Assembly (NCBI GenBank): GCA_902495835.1
Contig: CABUYS010000001.1
Coordinates: 1 to 35,675, forward strand
DNA from: an uncultured Oscillospiraceae bacterium
GTDB lineage: Bacteria; Bacillota; Clostridia; Oscillospirales; Acutalibacteraceae
Direction: 5' to 3'
Length of the DNA: 35,675 bases
Made by a program: the position numbers and the translations under genes. The notes below the pieces were generated by a model. The model saw only the letters and a list, made by a program, of their open reading frames with translations. It ran no database searches and was not told where the DNA came from. This document shows positions 26,054 to 35,675 of this stretch, one piece after another. The first letter of the stretch is position 1, and every line of letters starts with the position of its first letter.

Positions 26054-27109
26054 ATGGCATTTGATAAAAATAAAGCTTTGGAAACAGCACTTGGACAAAT
26101 AGAAAAGCAATTCGGTAAAGGTGCCGTTATGAAGCTCGGAAGAAATGAAACAATGCACGTAGATGCTATTTCCACAGGCTCTCTTTCTTTAGACATAGCT
26201 TTGGGTATAGGAGGACTTCCGCGAGGAAGAATAATTGAAATTTACGGACCAGAATCTTCGGGTAAGACTACATTGGCTCTTTCTTGTATTGCTCAAGGTC
26301 AAAAAAGCGGTGGAAATGCAGCATTTATAGACGTTGAACATGCATTAGACCCCGTTTATGCTTCGAATTTGGGAGTGGATATAGATTCGCTTTTAGTTTC
26401 TCAGCCCGACACAGGAGAGCAAGCTCTTGAAATAACTGAATCTTTAGTGCGTTCCGGAGCTATTGATGTTATAGTTGTGGACTCTGTTGCGGCATTGGTT
26501 CCACGTGCTGAGATAGAAGGCGAAATGGGAGACTCTCATGTAGGACTTCAGGCAAGACTTATGTCTCAGGCTTTAAGAAAACTTGCAGGAGCTATTTCCA
26601 AGTCAAACTGCGTAGCTATTTTTATAAATCAGCTGCGTGAAAAAGTAGGCATTATGTTTGGAAATCCTGAAGTTACTCCGGGTGGTCGTGCTCTTAAATT
26701 CTATTCTTCGGTTCGTATCGACATAAGAAGAATTGAAACTTTGAAATCAAACGGCGAAATGATAGGTTCTAGAACAAGAGCTAAAGTTGTAAAAAATAAA
26801 ATAGCTCCTCCCTTTAGAGAAGCAGAATTTGATGTAATGTATGGTCAAGGTATATCTCACGAAGGAGAGATTCTTGATTTGGCGGTTAAACTTGACATTA
26901 TACAAAAAAGTGGTTCATGGTTTGCATATGGAGATAAAAAACTTGCACAGGGCAGAGATAAAACTAAAGAATTTTTAAGAGAAAATCCCGAATTTGCTGC
27001 CGAAATAGAGAAAAAAGTAAGAGAAAGTTCAAATACTATATACTCAAAACCTTCAATGGCAAGAAATACTGAAGCCGAAACCATCGAGGAAGAACAAGAA
27101 GATAAATAA
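26054..27109 (+). CDS. recA: Recombinase RecA
   Basis: Motifs are [18 protein letters not shown], Walker [10 protein letters not shown], and the [20 protein letters not shown] and [10 protein letters not shown] loops, followed by an acidic C-terminal tail. Confidence 0.97.
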   Translation: MAFDKNKALETALGQIEKQFGKGAVMKLGRNETMHVDAISTGSLSLDIALGIGGLPRGRIIEIYGPESSGKTTLALSCIAQGQKSGGNAAFIDVEHALDPVYASNLGVDIDSLLVSQPDTGEQALEITESLVRSGAIDVIVVDSVAALVPRAEIEGEMGDSHVGLQARLMSQALRKLAGAISKSNCVAIFINQLREKVGIMFGNPEVTPGGRALKFYSSVRIDIRRIETLKSNGEMIGSRTRAKVVKNKIAPPFREAEFDVMYGQGISHEGEILDLAVKLDIIQKSGSWFAYGDKKLAQGRDKTKEFLRENPEFAAEIEKKVRESSNTIYSKPSMARNTEAETIEEEQEDK

Positions 27110-27150
27110 AACAGTAATATAAATTATGATTACACGCGGAGAAAATTTAT

Positions 27151-27756
27151 ATGATAATTACCAATATTAAAAAAAGTAAAAAAGGTAATATTCTTGTATA
27201 CGCAGACAATAATTATTTAACGAGTATATCTTTGGAAGTTTTTGTTAAAAGCAAAATTAAAATAGGCGACTATATTGATGAAGAGATTTTGAGTGAGATA
27301 AACTCAGAATCAAATAATTATAAAGCTAAAGAAAAAGCTTTAAGACTTTTATCTTTCAGAGCTCATTCGAAAAAAGAGTTGGAAAATAAGATAAAACATT
27401 ATACAGATCCGCAGTCTGCCGAACAAGTCGCTAAAAAAATGGAAGATATCGGGCTCGTTAATGATTTGGAATTTTCCAAAGCTTATGCAAAAGAATTTTC
27501 TTCGCGAAAATATTATTCCAAAAACAGAATAATTTATGAACTTTCACAAAAAGGTGTGGAAAAATCAATTATTTTAGAAGCACTTTCAGATATTTACATA
27601 GATGAAGATGAAAATATCAAAAATTTTATTGATCACAAGCGTTATGGCAATTTAAAAGATGAAAAAGTTAGACGCAGAGCTGTGTCCGCTCTTCAGCGAT
27701 TGGGTTATAATTGGAGTCAGATAAGTGGTTTTATCAATAAAGATTACGAAGATTAG
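27151..27756 (+). CDS. recX: Recombination regulator RecX
   Basis: 201 aa, immediately downstream of recA. It has repeated three-helix units (ALRLLSFRAHSKKELENKI..., SKAYAKEF..., AVSALQRLGY) typical of RecX. Confidence 0.8.
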   Translation: MIITNIKKSKKGNILVYADNNYLTSISLEVFVKSKIKIGDYIDEEILSEINSESNNYKAKEKALRLLSFRAHSKKELENKIKHYTDPQSAEQVAKKMEDIGLVNDLEFSKAYAKEFSSRKYYSKNRIIYELSQKGVEKSIILEALSDIYIDEDENIKNFIDHKRYGNLKDEKVRRRAVSALQRLGYNWSQISGFINKDYED

Positions 27757-27767
27757 AGGAAATACAA

Positions 27768-28337
27768 GTGAATTTACCTAATAAACTTACTGTTTTTAGA
27801 ATCATATTGGTACCTGTGATAGTGTTTTTTATTCTGTTTGAAGGATTGAAAAATCATTATTTGTACGCTTTGTTGATTTTTTTGATTGCCTCTTACACAG
27901 ATAGATTGGATGGGTATATAGCTCGAAAAAACGGCATAATAACTAATTTTGGTAAAATAATGGATCCGTTAGCAGACAAAATTTTGGTTGCTTCCGTTTT
28001 TATATGTTTCAGTTCTGTAGGTTTGGTACCGGCTTGGGTTACGGTTTTGATAGTGTGCCGAGAATTTATAGTCACTTCAATCAGATTTTTAATTTTAGAG
28101 GACTCATCTTTGGTTGTTTCAGCAAATATTTGGGGCAAATGCAAAACTTTTAGCCAAATGTTGTCGCTGATATTGATTTTAAGTGTGCAATCTTACATAG
28201 GTTTGTTTGAATATAGCAGTAATTTGTATTTTATTATTGTTGTTCAAAATTTATTAATTTGGATATCTGCTATACTTTCTTTGATTTCAGGCGTTATTTA
28301 TATAGCAAAAAATCATAAATACATAAAAATAAATTAA
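27768..28337 (+). CDS. pgsA: CDP-diacylglycerol--glycerol-3-phosphate 3-phosphatidyltransferase PgsA
   Basis: 189 aa, with a GTG start 7 nt after AGAGGA. The N-terminus is NLPNKLTVFRI. The CDP-alcohol phosphatidyltransferase motif is DRLDGYIARKNGIITNFGKIMDPLADK. Confidence 0.9.
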   Translation: MNLPNKLTVFRIILVPVIVFFILFEGLKNHYLYALLIFLIASYTDRLDGYIARKNGIITNFGKIMDPLADKILVASVFICFSSVGLVPAWVTVLIVCREFIVTSIRFLILEDSSLVVSANIWGKCKTFSQMLSLILILSVQSYIGLFEYSSNLYFIIVVQNLLIWISAILSLISGVIYIAKNHKYIKIN

Positions 28338-28362
28338 AGTATTTTAGTGGGAGAAATGTCAA

Positions 28363-29772
28363 ATGAAACTTTACAATACATTGACTCGCAAGAAAGAAGA
28401 ATTTATTCCTTTGACTGAAGGAAAAGTTAAAATTTATGCTTGTGGTCCGACTGTTTATAATTATATTCATATTGGAAATTCGCGGCCGCTCTGCGTGTTT
28501 GACGTTTTGAGAAAATATCTGGAATACATAGGATATAATGTTACATTTGTACAAAATTTTACAGATGTTGATGATAAAATAATAAAAAAAGCAGTTGAAG
28601 AAAATAGTGATTTTTTGACTGTTTCAAAAAAATACATTGAAGAATATAAAAAAGATTCAAAAGGATTAAATGTAAAAGAAGCAACATTTCATCCGAAAGC
28701 TACAGAAAATATAGATGAAATAATTAATATAATAACAATTTTGATAGAAAAAGGATATGCGTATTCTTTAAGTAACGGAGATGTGTATTTTAGAACACGT
28801 AAATTCAATAATTACGGTAAGCTTTCAAACCAAACTTTAGATGACCTTCAGTCGGGAGCAAGAATCAAAGTGGATGAACTTAAGGAAGATCCTTTGGATT
28901 TTGCCTTGTGGAAATCCGCAAAAGAAAATGAACCGTTTTGGGAAAGTCCGTGGGGAAGAGGCCGTCCGGGCTGGCATATCGAGTGTTCTGCAATGGCAGA
29001 AAAGTATTTAGGCAAAACTATTGACATTCATTGCGGGGGGCAGGATTTAATTTTCCCTCATCACGAAAATGAAATTGCCCAAAGTGAGTGTTGCAATGGC
29101 GTCAAATTTGCTAATTATTGGATTCACAATGGATATATTAATATAAATAGTCAAAAAATGTCTAAATCTTTGGGCAACTTTTTTACCGTGAGAGAAATTG
29201 CTGAAAAATATGGTTATGAACCGATTCGTTATTTGATGATATCTTCTCATTACAGAAATCCTATAAATTTCAGTGAAGATATAATTATTCAGTGCAAATC
29301 TGCTCTTGAAAGGCTGTATACATTTAGAAAAAATCTTAAAAACGCATTGAAAGACTGTGGTGATAAAGAACATAAATCGGAAAAATATTCTGTAAATTTT
29401 GAATTTTATCGCAAAAAATTCAGAGATTCTATGGATGATGATCTCAACACCGCAGAGGCTTTAGGCGTTATTTTTGAGATGATTAAAGAAGTTAATACCA
29501 AAGTTTTGTCAAATGGTGATTGCGATAAATGCACGGTTTCAGAAGCTTTGAAATTTTTAGATGAAACCACTGAAGTTTTAGGAATAATGTACGAAAATAA
29601 AGCTAAAAATGTTGAACTTAGTGACGATGAAATAAAACAACTTATAGATGAACGAAATGAAGCACGCAAGCAAAAAAATTGGAAACGTGCGGATGAAATT
29701 CGAGATGAGTTAAAATCAAAGAATGTAATAATAGAAGACACTCCGAAAGGTACGGTTTATACTTTTAAGTAA
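28363..29772 (+). CDS. cysS: Cysteine--tRNA ligase CysS
   Basis: 469 aa. It has the class I motifs HIGN (HIGH) and KMSKS, plus WHIECS and [16 protein letters not shown]. Confidence 0.96.
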   Translation: MKLYNTLTRKKEEFIPLTEGKVKIYACGPTVYNYIHIGNSRPLCVFDVLRKYLEYIGYNVTFVQNFTDVDDKIIKKAVEENSDFLTVSKKYIEEYKKDSKGLNVKEATFHPKATENIDEIINIITILIEKGYAYSLSNGDVYFRTRKFNNYGKLSNQTLDDLQSGARIKVDELKEDPLDFALWKSAKENEPFWESPWGRGRPGWHIECSAMAEKYLGKTIDIHCGGQDLIFPHHENEIAQSECCNGVKFANYWIHNGYININSQKMSKSLGNFFTVREIAEKYGYEPIRYLMISSHYRNPINFSEDIIIQCKSALERLYTFRKNLKNALKDCGDKEHKSEKYSVNFEFYRKKFRDSMDDDLNTAEALGVIFEMIKEVNTKVLSNGDCDKCTVSEALKFLDETTEVLGIMYENKAKNVELSDDEIKQLIDERNEARKQKNWKRADEIRDELKSKNVIIEDTPKGTVYTFK

Positions 29773-29791
29773 AGGTGGCGAGATTTATAAA

Positions 29792-30913
29792 TTGTATAAA
29801 AAATCATTATCATCAATAATATCTTTAGATAAAATAAATATTTCTTTCAATAATGAAACTATTCTTAAAGATTTGAGCCTCGTTATAAAAGAAGGCGAAT
29901 TTGTTACACTTCTGGGGCCGTCGGGATGCGGTAAAACCACTACTTTAAGGATAATAGCAGGTTTTTTGTCTCCCGACAGCGGAAATGTTTTTTTTAGAGG
30001 CAAAAGAATTAACAATGTTCCTGCTCACAAACGTGAAGTAAATACTATTTTTCAAAAATATGCGTTGTTTCCTCACTTAAACGTTTATGAAAATGTTGCT
30101 TTTGGAATGCGTATTCAAAGAAAATCCGAAAACGAAATAAATAAAAAAGTAAAAGAAATGCTTAAAATGGTAAATTTAAGCAGTTATATAGACAGAAATA
30201 TCGATTCTCTTTCCGGAGGTCAGCAACAGCGTGTTGCTATAGCTCGTGCTTTAGCTAATAATCCTAAAGTTCTTTTGCTTGATGAGCCTCTTGGAGCCTT
30301 GGATTTAAAGCTTAGAAAAGATATGCAAACAGAGCTTAAAAATATTCATCAAAAAACAGGAATAACTTTTATTCTTGTTACTCACGATCAAGAAGAAGCA
30401 CTGTCGATGTCTGACACAGTAGTCGTTATGGATAAGGGAAGAATTCAGCAAATAGGAACACCCGAAGACATATATAATGAGCCTCAAAATGCATTTGTGG
30501 CGGATTTTATCGGTGAAAGTAATATAGTTGACGGAATCATGATAGATGACTATTTGGTTAGTTTTTCAGGGAAACAATTTAAATGTCTTGACAAAGGGTT
30601 TGGAAAAATGAAACCTGTTGACGTTGTTGTTCGTCCTGAAGACATAAAAGTAACCACTCCCGAAAAGGGTCATATATCGGGAACTGTTACATCGGTAACT
30701 TTTAAAGGTGTTCACAATGAAATCATAGTAGATGTGGACGGATTTAAGTGGATGATTCAAACAACCGAAAGTCAAGAATCAGGCGATAAAATCGGTATGG
30801 TTATCTATCCTGATGATATTCATATAATGAATAAATCCGATTACTCTTCTGAAGTCGGAGATTACAGTGCTTTTAGTGATGAATTTTATGAAGAACAACA
30901 TAGTAAAAATTAA
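29792..30913 (+). CDS. potA: Spermidine/putrescine ABC transporter ATP-binding protein PotA
   Basis: Motifs are Walker [10 protein letters not shown], signature [15 protein letters not shown], Walker [12 protein letters not shown], and a C-terminal TOBE-like regulatory domain. The start must be TTG, because there is no in-frame ATG before the Walker A. Confidence 0.9.
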   Translation: MYKKSLSSIISLDKINISFNNETILKDLSLVIKEGEFVTLLGPSGCGKTTTLRIIAGFLSPDSGNVFFRGKRINNVPAHKREVNTIFQKYALFPHLNVYENVAFGMRIQRKSENEINKKVKEMLKMVNLSSYIDRNIDSLSGGQQQRVAIARALANNPKVLLLDEPLGALDLKLRKDMQTELKNIHQKTGITFILVTHDQEEALSMSDTVVVMDKGRIQQIGTPEDIYNEPQNAFVADFIGESNIVDGIMIDDYLVSFSGKQFKCLDKGFGKMKPVDVVVRPEDIKVTTPEKGHISGTVTSVTFKGVHNEIIVDVDGFKWMIQTTESQESGDKIGMVIYPDDIHIMNKSDYSSEVGDYSAFSDEFYEEQHSKN

Positions 30914-30947
30914 AATTTTTGTTATTGATGAAATTTTATTGTGAGGG

Positions 30948-31766
30948 TTGATGTATATGAAAACAAAATGGATACTTTATCCTTATGCGCTTTGGATGGG
31001 GATATTTGTAATTGTGCCGCTTGCGTTGGTAATTGTGTTTTCCTTCACATCTCCTTTAGGTGAATTTACACTTGAAAATATGATAAATGTAGGGAAATAC
31101 TCCACCGTATTTTTGAGATCGGTAATACTTGGAATAATATCCACTGTGGTATGCTTGTTTTTGGGTTATCCAATGGCTTATTTTATATCTAAAATCAATA
31201 TAAAACATCAAAGTGTAATTATAATGCTTTTAATGATTCCTATGTGGACAAGCTTTCTTTTGAGAACGTATGCATGGATGACTATTTTGGAGTATAATGG
31301 ACTATTAAATAAATTACTAACTTTTATGGGGTTATCAAAAATTAATATGATAAACACACCCGGAGCAATTGTCTTGGGAATGGTTTATAATTTTTTGCCA
31401 TATATGATACTTCCCATATATACCGTTTTAAGCAAAATAGACAATAAAGTCATAGAAGCAGCACAAGATTTGGGAGCGAATAATTTCAAAGTTTTTAAGA
31501 AAGTTGTGTTTCCGATGAGTTTACCAGGCGTTCTTTCGGGATTTACTATGGTATTTGTTCCTTCCGTGAGCACTTTTATAATTTCGAAAATGCTTGGCGG
31601 AGGTTCTATATTTGTCATAGGTGATCTGATTGAAATGCAATTTTTAGGAAATACATATAACCCTCATTTGGGTTCTGCCATATCTTTGGTGCTTATGGTT
31701 ATAATTATGATTACTATGGGAATTATGAATGTTTTAGATAAAGACAGTGAAACTGTAGTGATGTAG
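30948..31766 (+). CDS. potB: Spermidine/putrescine ABC transporter permease PotB
   Basis: It has six TM segments and the EAA loop IEAAQDLGANNFKVFKKVVFPMSLPG. The start is TTG 30948, ATG 30951 or ATG 30957. ATG 30957 is best spaced from GTGAGGG. Confidence 0.9.
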   Translation: MMYMKTKWILYPYALWMGIFVIVPLALVIVFSFTSPLGEFTLENMINVGKYSTVFLRSVILGIISTVVCLFLGYPMAYFISKINIKHQSVIIMLLMIPMWTSFLLRTYAWMTILEYNGLLNKLLTFMGLSKINMINTPGAIVLGMVYNFLPYMILPIYTVLSKIDNKVIEAAQDLGANNFKVFKKVVFPMSLPGVLSGFTMVFVPSVSTFIISKMLGGGSIFVIGDLIEMQFLGNTYNPHLGSAISLVLMVIIMITMGIMNVLDKDSETVVM

Positions 31767-31778
31767 GGAGCGAGAAAA

Positions 31779-32579
31779 TTGAAATTTTTAAGTAAAATAT
31801 ATATGACTTTGATATTTTTATTTTTGTATGCTCCTATTTTTGTTCTTATGACTTTTTCTTTTAATAATTCAAAAAGCCGTGTTATTTGGTCAGGTTTTAC
31901 GTTTAGGTGGTATACAAGACTTTTCGAAAATATTGAAATTTTGAGTGCTTTTTACAACACAATTATAATTGCTTCCGTTTCGGCAATAATTGCGACTATT
32001 TTGGGAACGGCTGCGGCAGTAGGCATTGCTAAGAGCAAAAAATGGACAAAACGTTTAATGATGAACGTTACCAACTTGCCTATGATAAATCCTGAAATTG
32101 TTACAGGTGTTTCTCTTATGCTTTTGTTTGTTTTTTTGTATAATAAATTCGGAATTTTGAAACCGGGACTTTTAACTTTAATAATATCCCACACTACATT
32201 TTGCCTTCCTTATGTAATTTTGTCTGTCATGCCAAAATTTAGACAAATGGATTCACATATTTACGAAGCGGCAATGGATTTAGGATGTTCTCCTGTAAGA
32301 GCATTTTTTAAGGTTGTTATGCCTCAGATTATGCCCGGAATTATTACGGGAATGATAATGTCTTTTACGATGTCCATAGATGATTTTGTAATAAGTTACT
32401 TTGTCGGCGGTATGACTCAAACACTGCCTATTGCAGTCTATTCAATGACTAGAAAAATTGTAAGTCCGGAAATAAATGCGTTATCTACTTTGTTATTTTT
32501 ATCGGTATTTATTTTGTTGATAGTTATAAATGTTCGTCAGGCAAGAGATAAAAAGACGCAAAGAAATCAATTGTACTAA
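31779..32579 (+). CDS. potC: Spermidine/putrescine ABC transporter permease PotC
   Basis: It has six TM segments and the EAA loop YEAAMDLGCSPVRAFFKVVMPQIMPG. The TTG start lies 8 nt after AGGGAG. Confidence 0.9.
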   Translation: MKFLSKIYMTLIFLFLYAPIFVLMTFSFNNSKSRVIWSGFTFRWYTRLFENIEILSAFYNTIIIASVSAIIATILGTAAAVGIAKSKKWTKRLMMNVTNLPMINPEIVTGVSLMLLFVFLYNKFGILKPGLLTLIISHTTFCLPYVILSVMPKFRQMDSHIYEAAMDLGCSPVRAFFKVVMPQIMPGIITGMIMSFTMSIDDFVISYFVGGMTQTLPIAVYSMTRKIVSPEINALSTLLFLSVFILLIVINVRQARDKKTQRNQLY

Positions 32580-32597
32580 TAAAAGGAGATTGGATTT

Positions 32598-33767
32598 TTG
32601 AAAAAAAAAGTTTGTTATTCTCTTTTGATTTTATTTTTCATAATTTTTACTGCAGGGTGTTCAAACGATAATTCAAGCCAAGAAAATGTTATTAATGTAT
32701 ACAGCTGGGGAGAGTTTATCTCTAACGGCGTCGACGGAACCATAGATGTAAACAAGAAATTCACCGAAAAAACAGGTATAAAAGTAAACTATAAAACGTT
32801 TCAAAATAACGAAGAACTTTTCGCCAAATTAATTGGTGGAGGTGCGGATTATGATGTTATTATTCCGTCCGATTACATGGTTTCTCGGTTGATTGAAAAC
32901 GATATGCTTAAACCTTTAAATTTTGATAATATTCCAAATTATTCGTATATTGATGAGCAGTTTAAAAATTTGGGTTTTGACCCTAAAAATAAATACTCTG
33001 TTCCGTATGTTTGGGGAGTAATTGGTATATTTTACAACAAAAACGAAGTGGATGAAAAAGAAGAAGAAATAGATTGGAATATATTATGGAACAGCAAATA
33101 TAAAAATAAAATATTGATGTTTGACAATGCACGCGACGCTTTTGCTATTTCTCTTTTGCGTTTGGGATATTCAATAAACACTTCGGATCGCGAAGCTTGG
33201 AAAAAAGCCGCCGAAGAACTTATATGTCAGAAGAAAATCGTTCAGGCTTATGTTATGGACCAAATATTTGATAAAATGAGAAACGGAGAAGCTGTTTTAG
33301 CACCCTACTATTCCGGAGACGCAGCTACGCTTCTTAAAACAAATCCTAGCATTGGATTTGTAATTCCTAAAAACGGAACAAATAAGTTTATAGATTCTAT
33401 GTGTATTCCAAAAAGTTCCGCACATAAAACTCAAGCGGAAAAGTATATAAATTTTATGTGTGAACCTGAAATAGCTTTAGCCAATGTAGAAAAAACAGGG
33501 TATTCTACTCCTCACAAAGAAGTTTATAAGAGACTAAGTGAAGATGTAAAAAATAATAAAATATTTTATCCTGATGAAGAAGTTATAAATAACTCTCAAG
33601 TATTTGTTAATCTTCCTAAAGATATAAACGTACTCATGGACGAATTATGGGTAGAAGTAAAATCCGGGGGAATTTATACCGAACCATGGCTTTTGGTTGT
33701 AATTTTAGCTGTATTTGGTATAATATATTTATTGGCTGTTTTTATTAAGAAATTCAAGAGAAAGTAA
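32598..33767 (+). CDS. potD: Spermidine/putrescine-binding lipoprotein PotD with an extra C-terminal TM helix
   Basis: The TTG start lies 9 nt after AAGGAG. The signal peptide has the lipobox FTAGC. PotD/PotF-type SBP motifs are VYSWGEFI, DVIIPSDYM and VPYVWG. The C-terminal segment is WLLVVILAVFGIIYLLAVFIKKFKRK (33687-33764). Confidence 0.88.
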   Translation: MKKKVCYSLLILFFIIFTAGCSNDNSSQENVINVYSWGEFISNGVDGTIDVNKKFTEKTGIKVNYKTFQNNEELFAKLIGGGADYDVIIPSDYMVSRLIENDMLKPLNFDNIPNYSYIDEQFKNLGFDPKNKYSVPYVWGVIGIFYNKNEVDEKEEEIDWNILWNSKYKNKILMFDNARDAFAISLLRLGYSINTSDREAWKKAAEELICQKKIVQAYVMDQIFDKMRNGEAVLAPYYSGDAATLLKTNPSIGFVIPKNGTNKFIDSMCIPKSSAHKTQAEKYINFMCEPEIALANVEKTGYSTPHKEVYKRLSEDVKNNKIFYPDEEVINNSQVFVNLPKDINVLMDELWVEVKSGGIYTEPWLLVVILAVFGIIYLLAVFIKKFKRK

Positions 33768-33788
33768 AAAACGGAAAGGGATGTTTCC

Positions 33789-35675
33789 ATGTTGAAGATA
33801 GAATTAAAAAATGGTTGTGTGAAGGAAGTGAGTGCAGGGACTACCCTTTTTGAAATAGCTAAAGGATTAGGTGGTAGTCTTTACAAAGATGTTTGCGTTG
33901 CTAAAGTAAATGGTGAAATTAAAGATTTAAAGTATGCAGTTGATAATGATTGTTCGGTAGAATTTTTAACTTTTGATTCCGAAGAAGGTAAGAAAACTTA
34001 CTGGCATACTACTTCTCATATTCTTGCTCAAGCTGTTTGCAGATTGTTTCCCGGTACTAAATTTGCGATAGGGCCGGCCATAGCCGAAGGATTTTATTAT
34101 GATTTTGATTTTGAAAATCCTATTAGTGATGATGATTTGGGTAAAATAGAATCTGAAATGCAAAAAATCATAAAAGAAAATCTCAGTATAGAAATTTTCA
34201 CAATGGGTGAAGAAGATGCCATCAATTTTATGCGTGAACGTAATCAACCGTACAAAATAGAACTTATAGAAAAACACAAAAACGATGGTGCTTTGATTTT
34301 CCGCAAGCAAGGGGAATTTGTGGATCTTTGCGGCGGAACTCACATGATGTCTACGGGATGCATAAAATCTTTCAAGTTAATCGCTTGTGCGGGTGCTTAC
34401 TGGAAAGGCGACTCTAAGAATAAAATGCTTACGCGAATTTACGGTATTTCTTTTCCGAAAAAATCAATGCTTGAGGAATATTTGCAAATTTTGGAAGATA
34501 GAAAATCTCGTGACCACAGAAAAATATGTAAAGATTTAAAACTGTTTATGACACATCCTTTGGTTGGTTCAGGTTTGCCGATATATCTTCCGGGAGGGGC
34601 AACTATCAGAAGAATTCTTGAAAGATATATTCAAGATAAAGAGCTTGAACTCGGGTATAATCATGTATATACTCCAAGTTTGGCGTCTACGGATTTGTAC
34701 AAAATAAGCGGACATTGGGATCACTATAAAGACGACATGTTCCCGGTTATGGAGATGGAAAACGAAAGTATGGTTTTGCGTCCGATGAACTGTCCTCATC
34801 ATATGCTTGTCTATAAAAATGAATTGCATTCGTACAGAGATCTTCCGATAAGAATCGGCGAACTTGCTCATGATTTCAGATATGAAAATTCCGGTGCTGT
34901 ATGCGGTTTGGAAAGAGTAAGGCAAATGTGTCAGAACGACGCTCACATATTTGTAAGGCCTGATCAAATAAAAGACGAAATAGGAAATGTACTGAGATTA
35001 ATTTTTTCAGTTTGGAAAGATGACTTTGGGTTTGATAAGTTTGAAGTAAGGCTTTCTTTAAGAGATAAAGAAAACAAAGACAAATATATTGACAACGATG
35101 AAATGTGGGAAACCGCCGAAAGTCAACTTAGGGAAATACTTACAGAGTTGAAAATTGATTTTTACGAAGCAAAAGGCGAAGCTGCTTTTTACGGCCCGAA
35201 AATAGATATTCAAATAAAATCCGCTTTAATGCACGACGTCACTATTCCAACATGCCAGCTTGATTTTGCATTACCTGAAAGATTTAATTTGACGTACATT
35301 GGAAAAGACGGTCACGAACACAGACCTGTAGTTATTCACAGAGCAGTGCTTGGTTCATCCGACAGATTTATTGCATTTCTTTTAGAAGAAACCAGAGGAA
35401 ATTTACCGTTGTGGCTCGCTCCCGAGCAAATAAGAATTTTGCCTATAAGTGAAAACTTCTTGGATTACGCCGAAACAGTTGCCGAAAAGCTTAAAAAAGT
35501 TGGCAAATTCAGAGTTTCTGTAGATTCTAAAAACGAAAAAATAGGAAAGAAAATACGTGAAGCACAGTTAAACAAAATTCCTTACATGGTGATTGTGGGA
35601 CAAAAAGAAGTGGAAAATAATGAAATTTCCGTCAGAAGCAGAAAAAACGGCGATTTAGGTTCAATGTCTTTAGAA
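33789..35675 (+). CDS. thrS: Threonine--tRNA ligase ThrS (3' end cut by window edge)
   Basis: This gene is not in the supplied ORF track because it has no stop in the window. Hand translation from the ATG at 33789 gives an uninterrupted 629 codons. The translation starts MLKIELKNGCVKEV... (TGS domain) and includes WHTTSHILAQA, the editing-domain CGGTHM, the class II core RPMNCPHHM, FRYENSGAVCGLERVRQMCQNDAHIF and PVVIHRAVLGSSDRFIAFLLEE, then the start of the anticodon-binding domain. Confidence 0.95.
   Translation, partial: MLKIELKNGCVKEVSAGTTLFEIAKGLGGSLYKDVCVAKVNGEIKDLKYAVDNDCSVEFLTFDSEEGKKTYWHTTSHILAQAVCRLFPGTKFAIGPAIAEGFYYDFDFENPISDDDLGKIESEMQKIIKENLSIEIFTMGEEDAINFMRERNQPYKIELIEKHKNDGALIFRKQGEFVDLCGGTHMMSTGCIKSFKLIACAGAYWKGDSKNKMLTRIYGISFPKKSMLEEYLQILEDRKSRDHRKICKDLKLFMTHPLVGSGLPIYLPGGATIRRILERYIQDKELELGYNHVYTPSLASTDLYKISGHWDHYKDDMFPVMEMENESMVLRPMNCPHHMLVYKNELHSYRDLPIRIGELAHDFRYENSGAVCGLERVRQMCQNDAHIFVRPDQIKDEIGNVLRLIFSVWKDDFGFDKFEVRLSLRDKENKDKYIDNDEMWETAESQLREILTELKIDFYEAKGEAAFYGPKIDIQIKSALMHDVTIPTCQLDFALPERFNLTYIGKDGHEHRPVVIHRAVLGSSDRFIAFLLEETRGNLPLWLAPEQIRILPISENFLDYAETVAEKLKKVGKFRVSVDSKNEKIGKKIREAQLNKIPYMVIVGQKEVENNEISVRSRKNGDLGSMSLE

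Noticed and set aside
33966-34967. Two minus-strand ORFs from the track (33966-34343, 125 aa, and 34569-34967, 132 aa) are the only ORFs listed for this region.
   Set aside because: They lie antisense to an uninterrupted plus-strand thrS reading frame with unmistakable ThrRS motifs. Their translations are low-complexity (F/I/K/Y-rich) with no recognisable motifs or SD. The region is thrS, not these ORFs.
1-35675. I looked for defence systems, toxin-antitoxin pairs, integrases or transposases, prophage genes, CRISPR repeats and tRNA or rRNA genes.
   Set aside because: None was found. Every ORF over 100 aa not explained as antisense noise has a housekeeping, envelope or sporulation assignment. 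No intergenic gap contains tRNA-like GTTCGAAT T-loop motifs. RecD2 here has the ordinary housekeeping architecture and context. I therefore do not claim a mobile or defence island in this window.

Overview
This is a low-GC chromosomal segment from a spore-forming Bacillota/Clostridia-type bacterium. I support 34 protein-coding genes, almost all core housekeeping. Two are cut by the window edges: recD2 at the 5' end, and thrS at the 3' end (thrS is missing from the ORF track because it has no stop in the window). In order, the genes are recD2, rsmA, (minus strand) tadA, a CDF cation transporter and an orphan surface protein. Then on the plus strand come an MscS-family channel, DUF4364, rlmN-stp-prkC, murA and an MBL hydrolase. 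An inverted block follows: flippase-like / GT2 / flippase-like. After it come a second murA, ftsQ, a YnbB-like PLP enzyme, yabP-yabQ-divIC-yabR, dapF-pyrG-dapL, recA-recX, pgsA, cysS, potABCD and thrS. I see no rRNA or tRNA genes, CRISPR arrays, transposases, integrases, phage genes or recognisable defence systems. Intergenic gaps are at most about 210 nt. Most of the window therefore looks ordinary. The only accessory-looking piece is the minus-strand trio at 13800-16945: two paralogous MprF-flippase-like (UPF0104/PF03706-type) membrane proteins flanking a soluble family-2 glycosyltransferase. It sits between two murA paralogues, and these are the only antisense genes in about 29 kb of co-directional genes. 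That is my best candidate for an uncharacterised envelope lipid/glycan system, but the evidence is motif-level and contextual only. The smaller curiosities are listed here.
- A perfect palindrome lies between the SD and the start of the CDF gene.
- The YnbB-like gene probably starts at ATT.
- PotD appears to be doubly anchored.
- cysS and thrS have no room for T-box leaders.
- There are several consensus promoters and terminators.
All family assignments come from reading motifs in the translations. No database search was possible.
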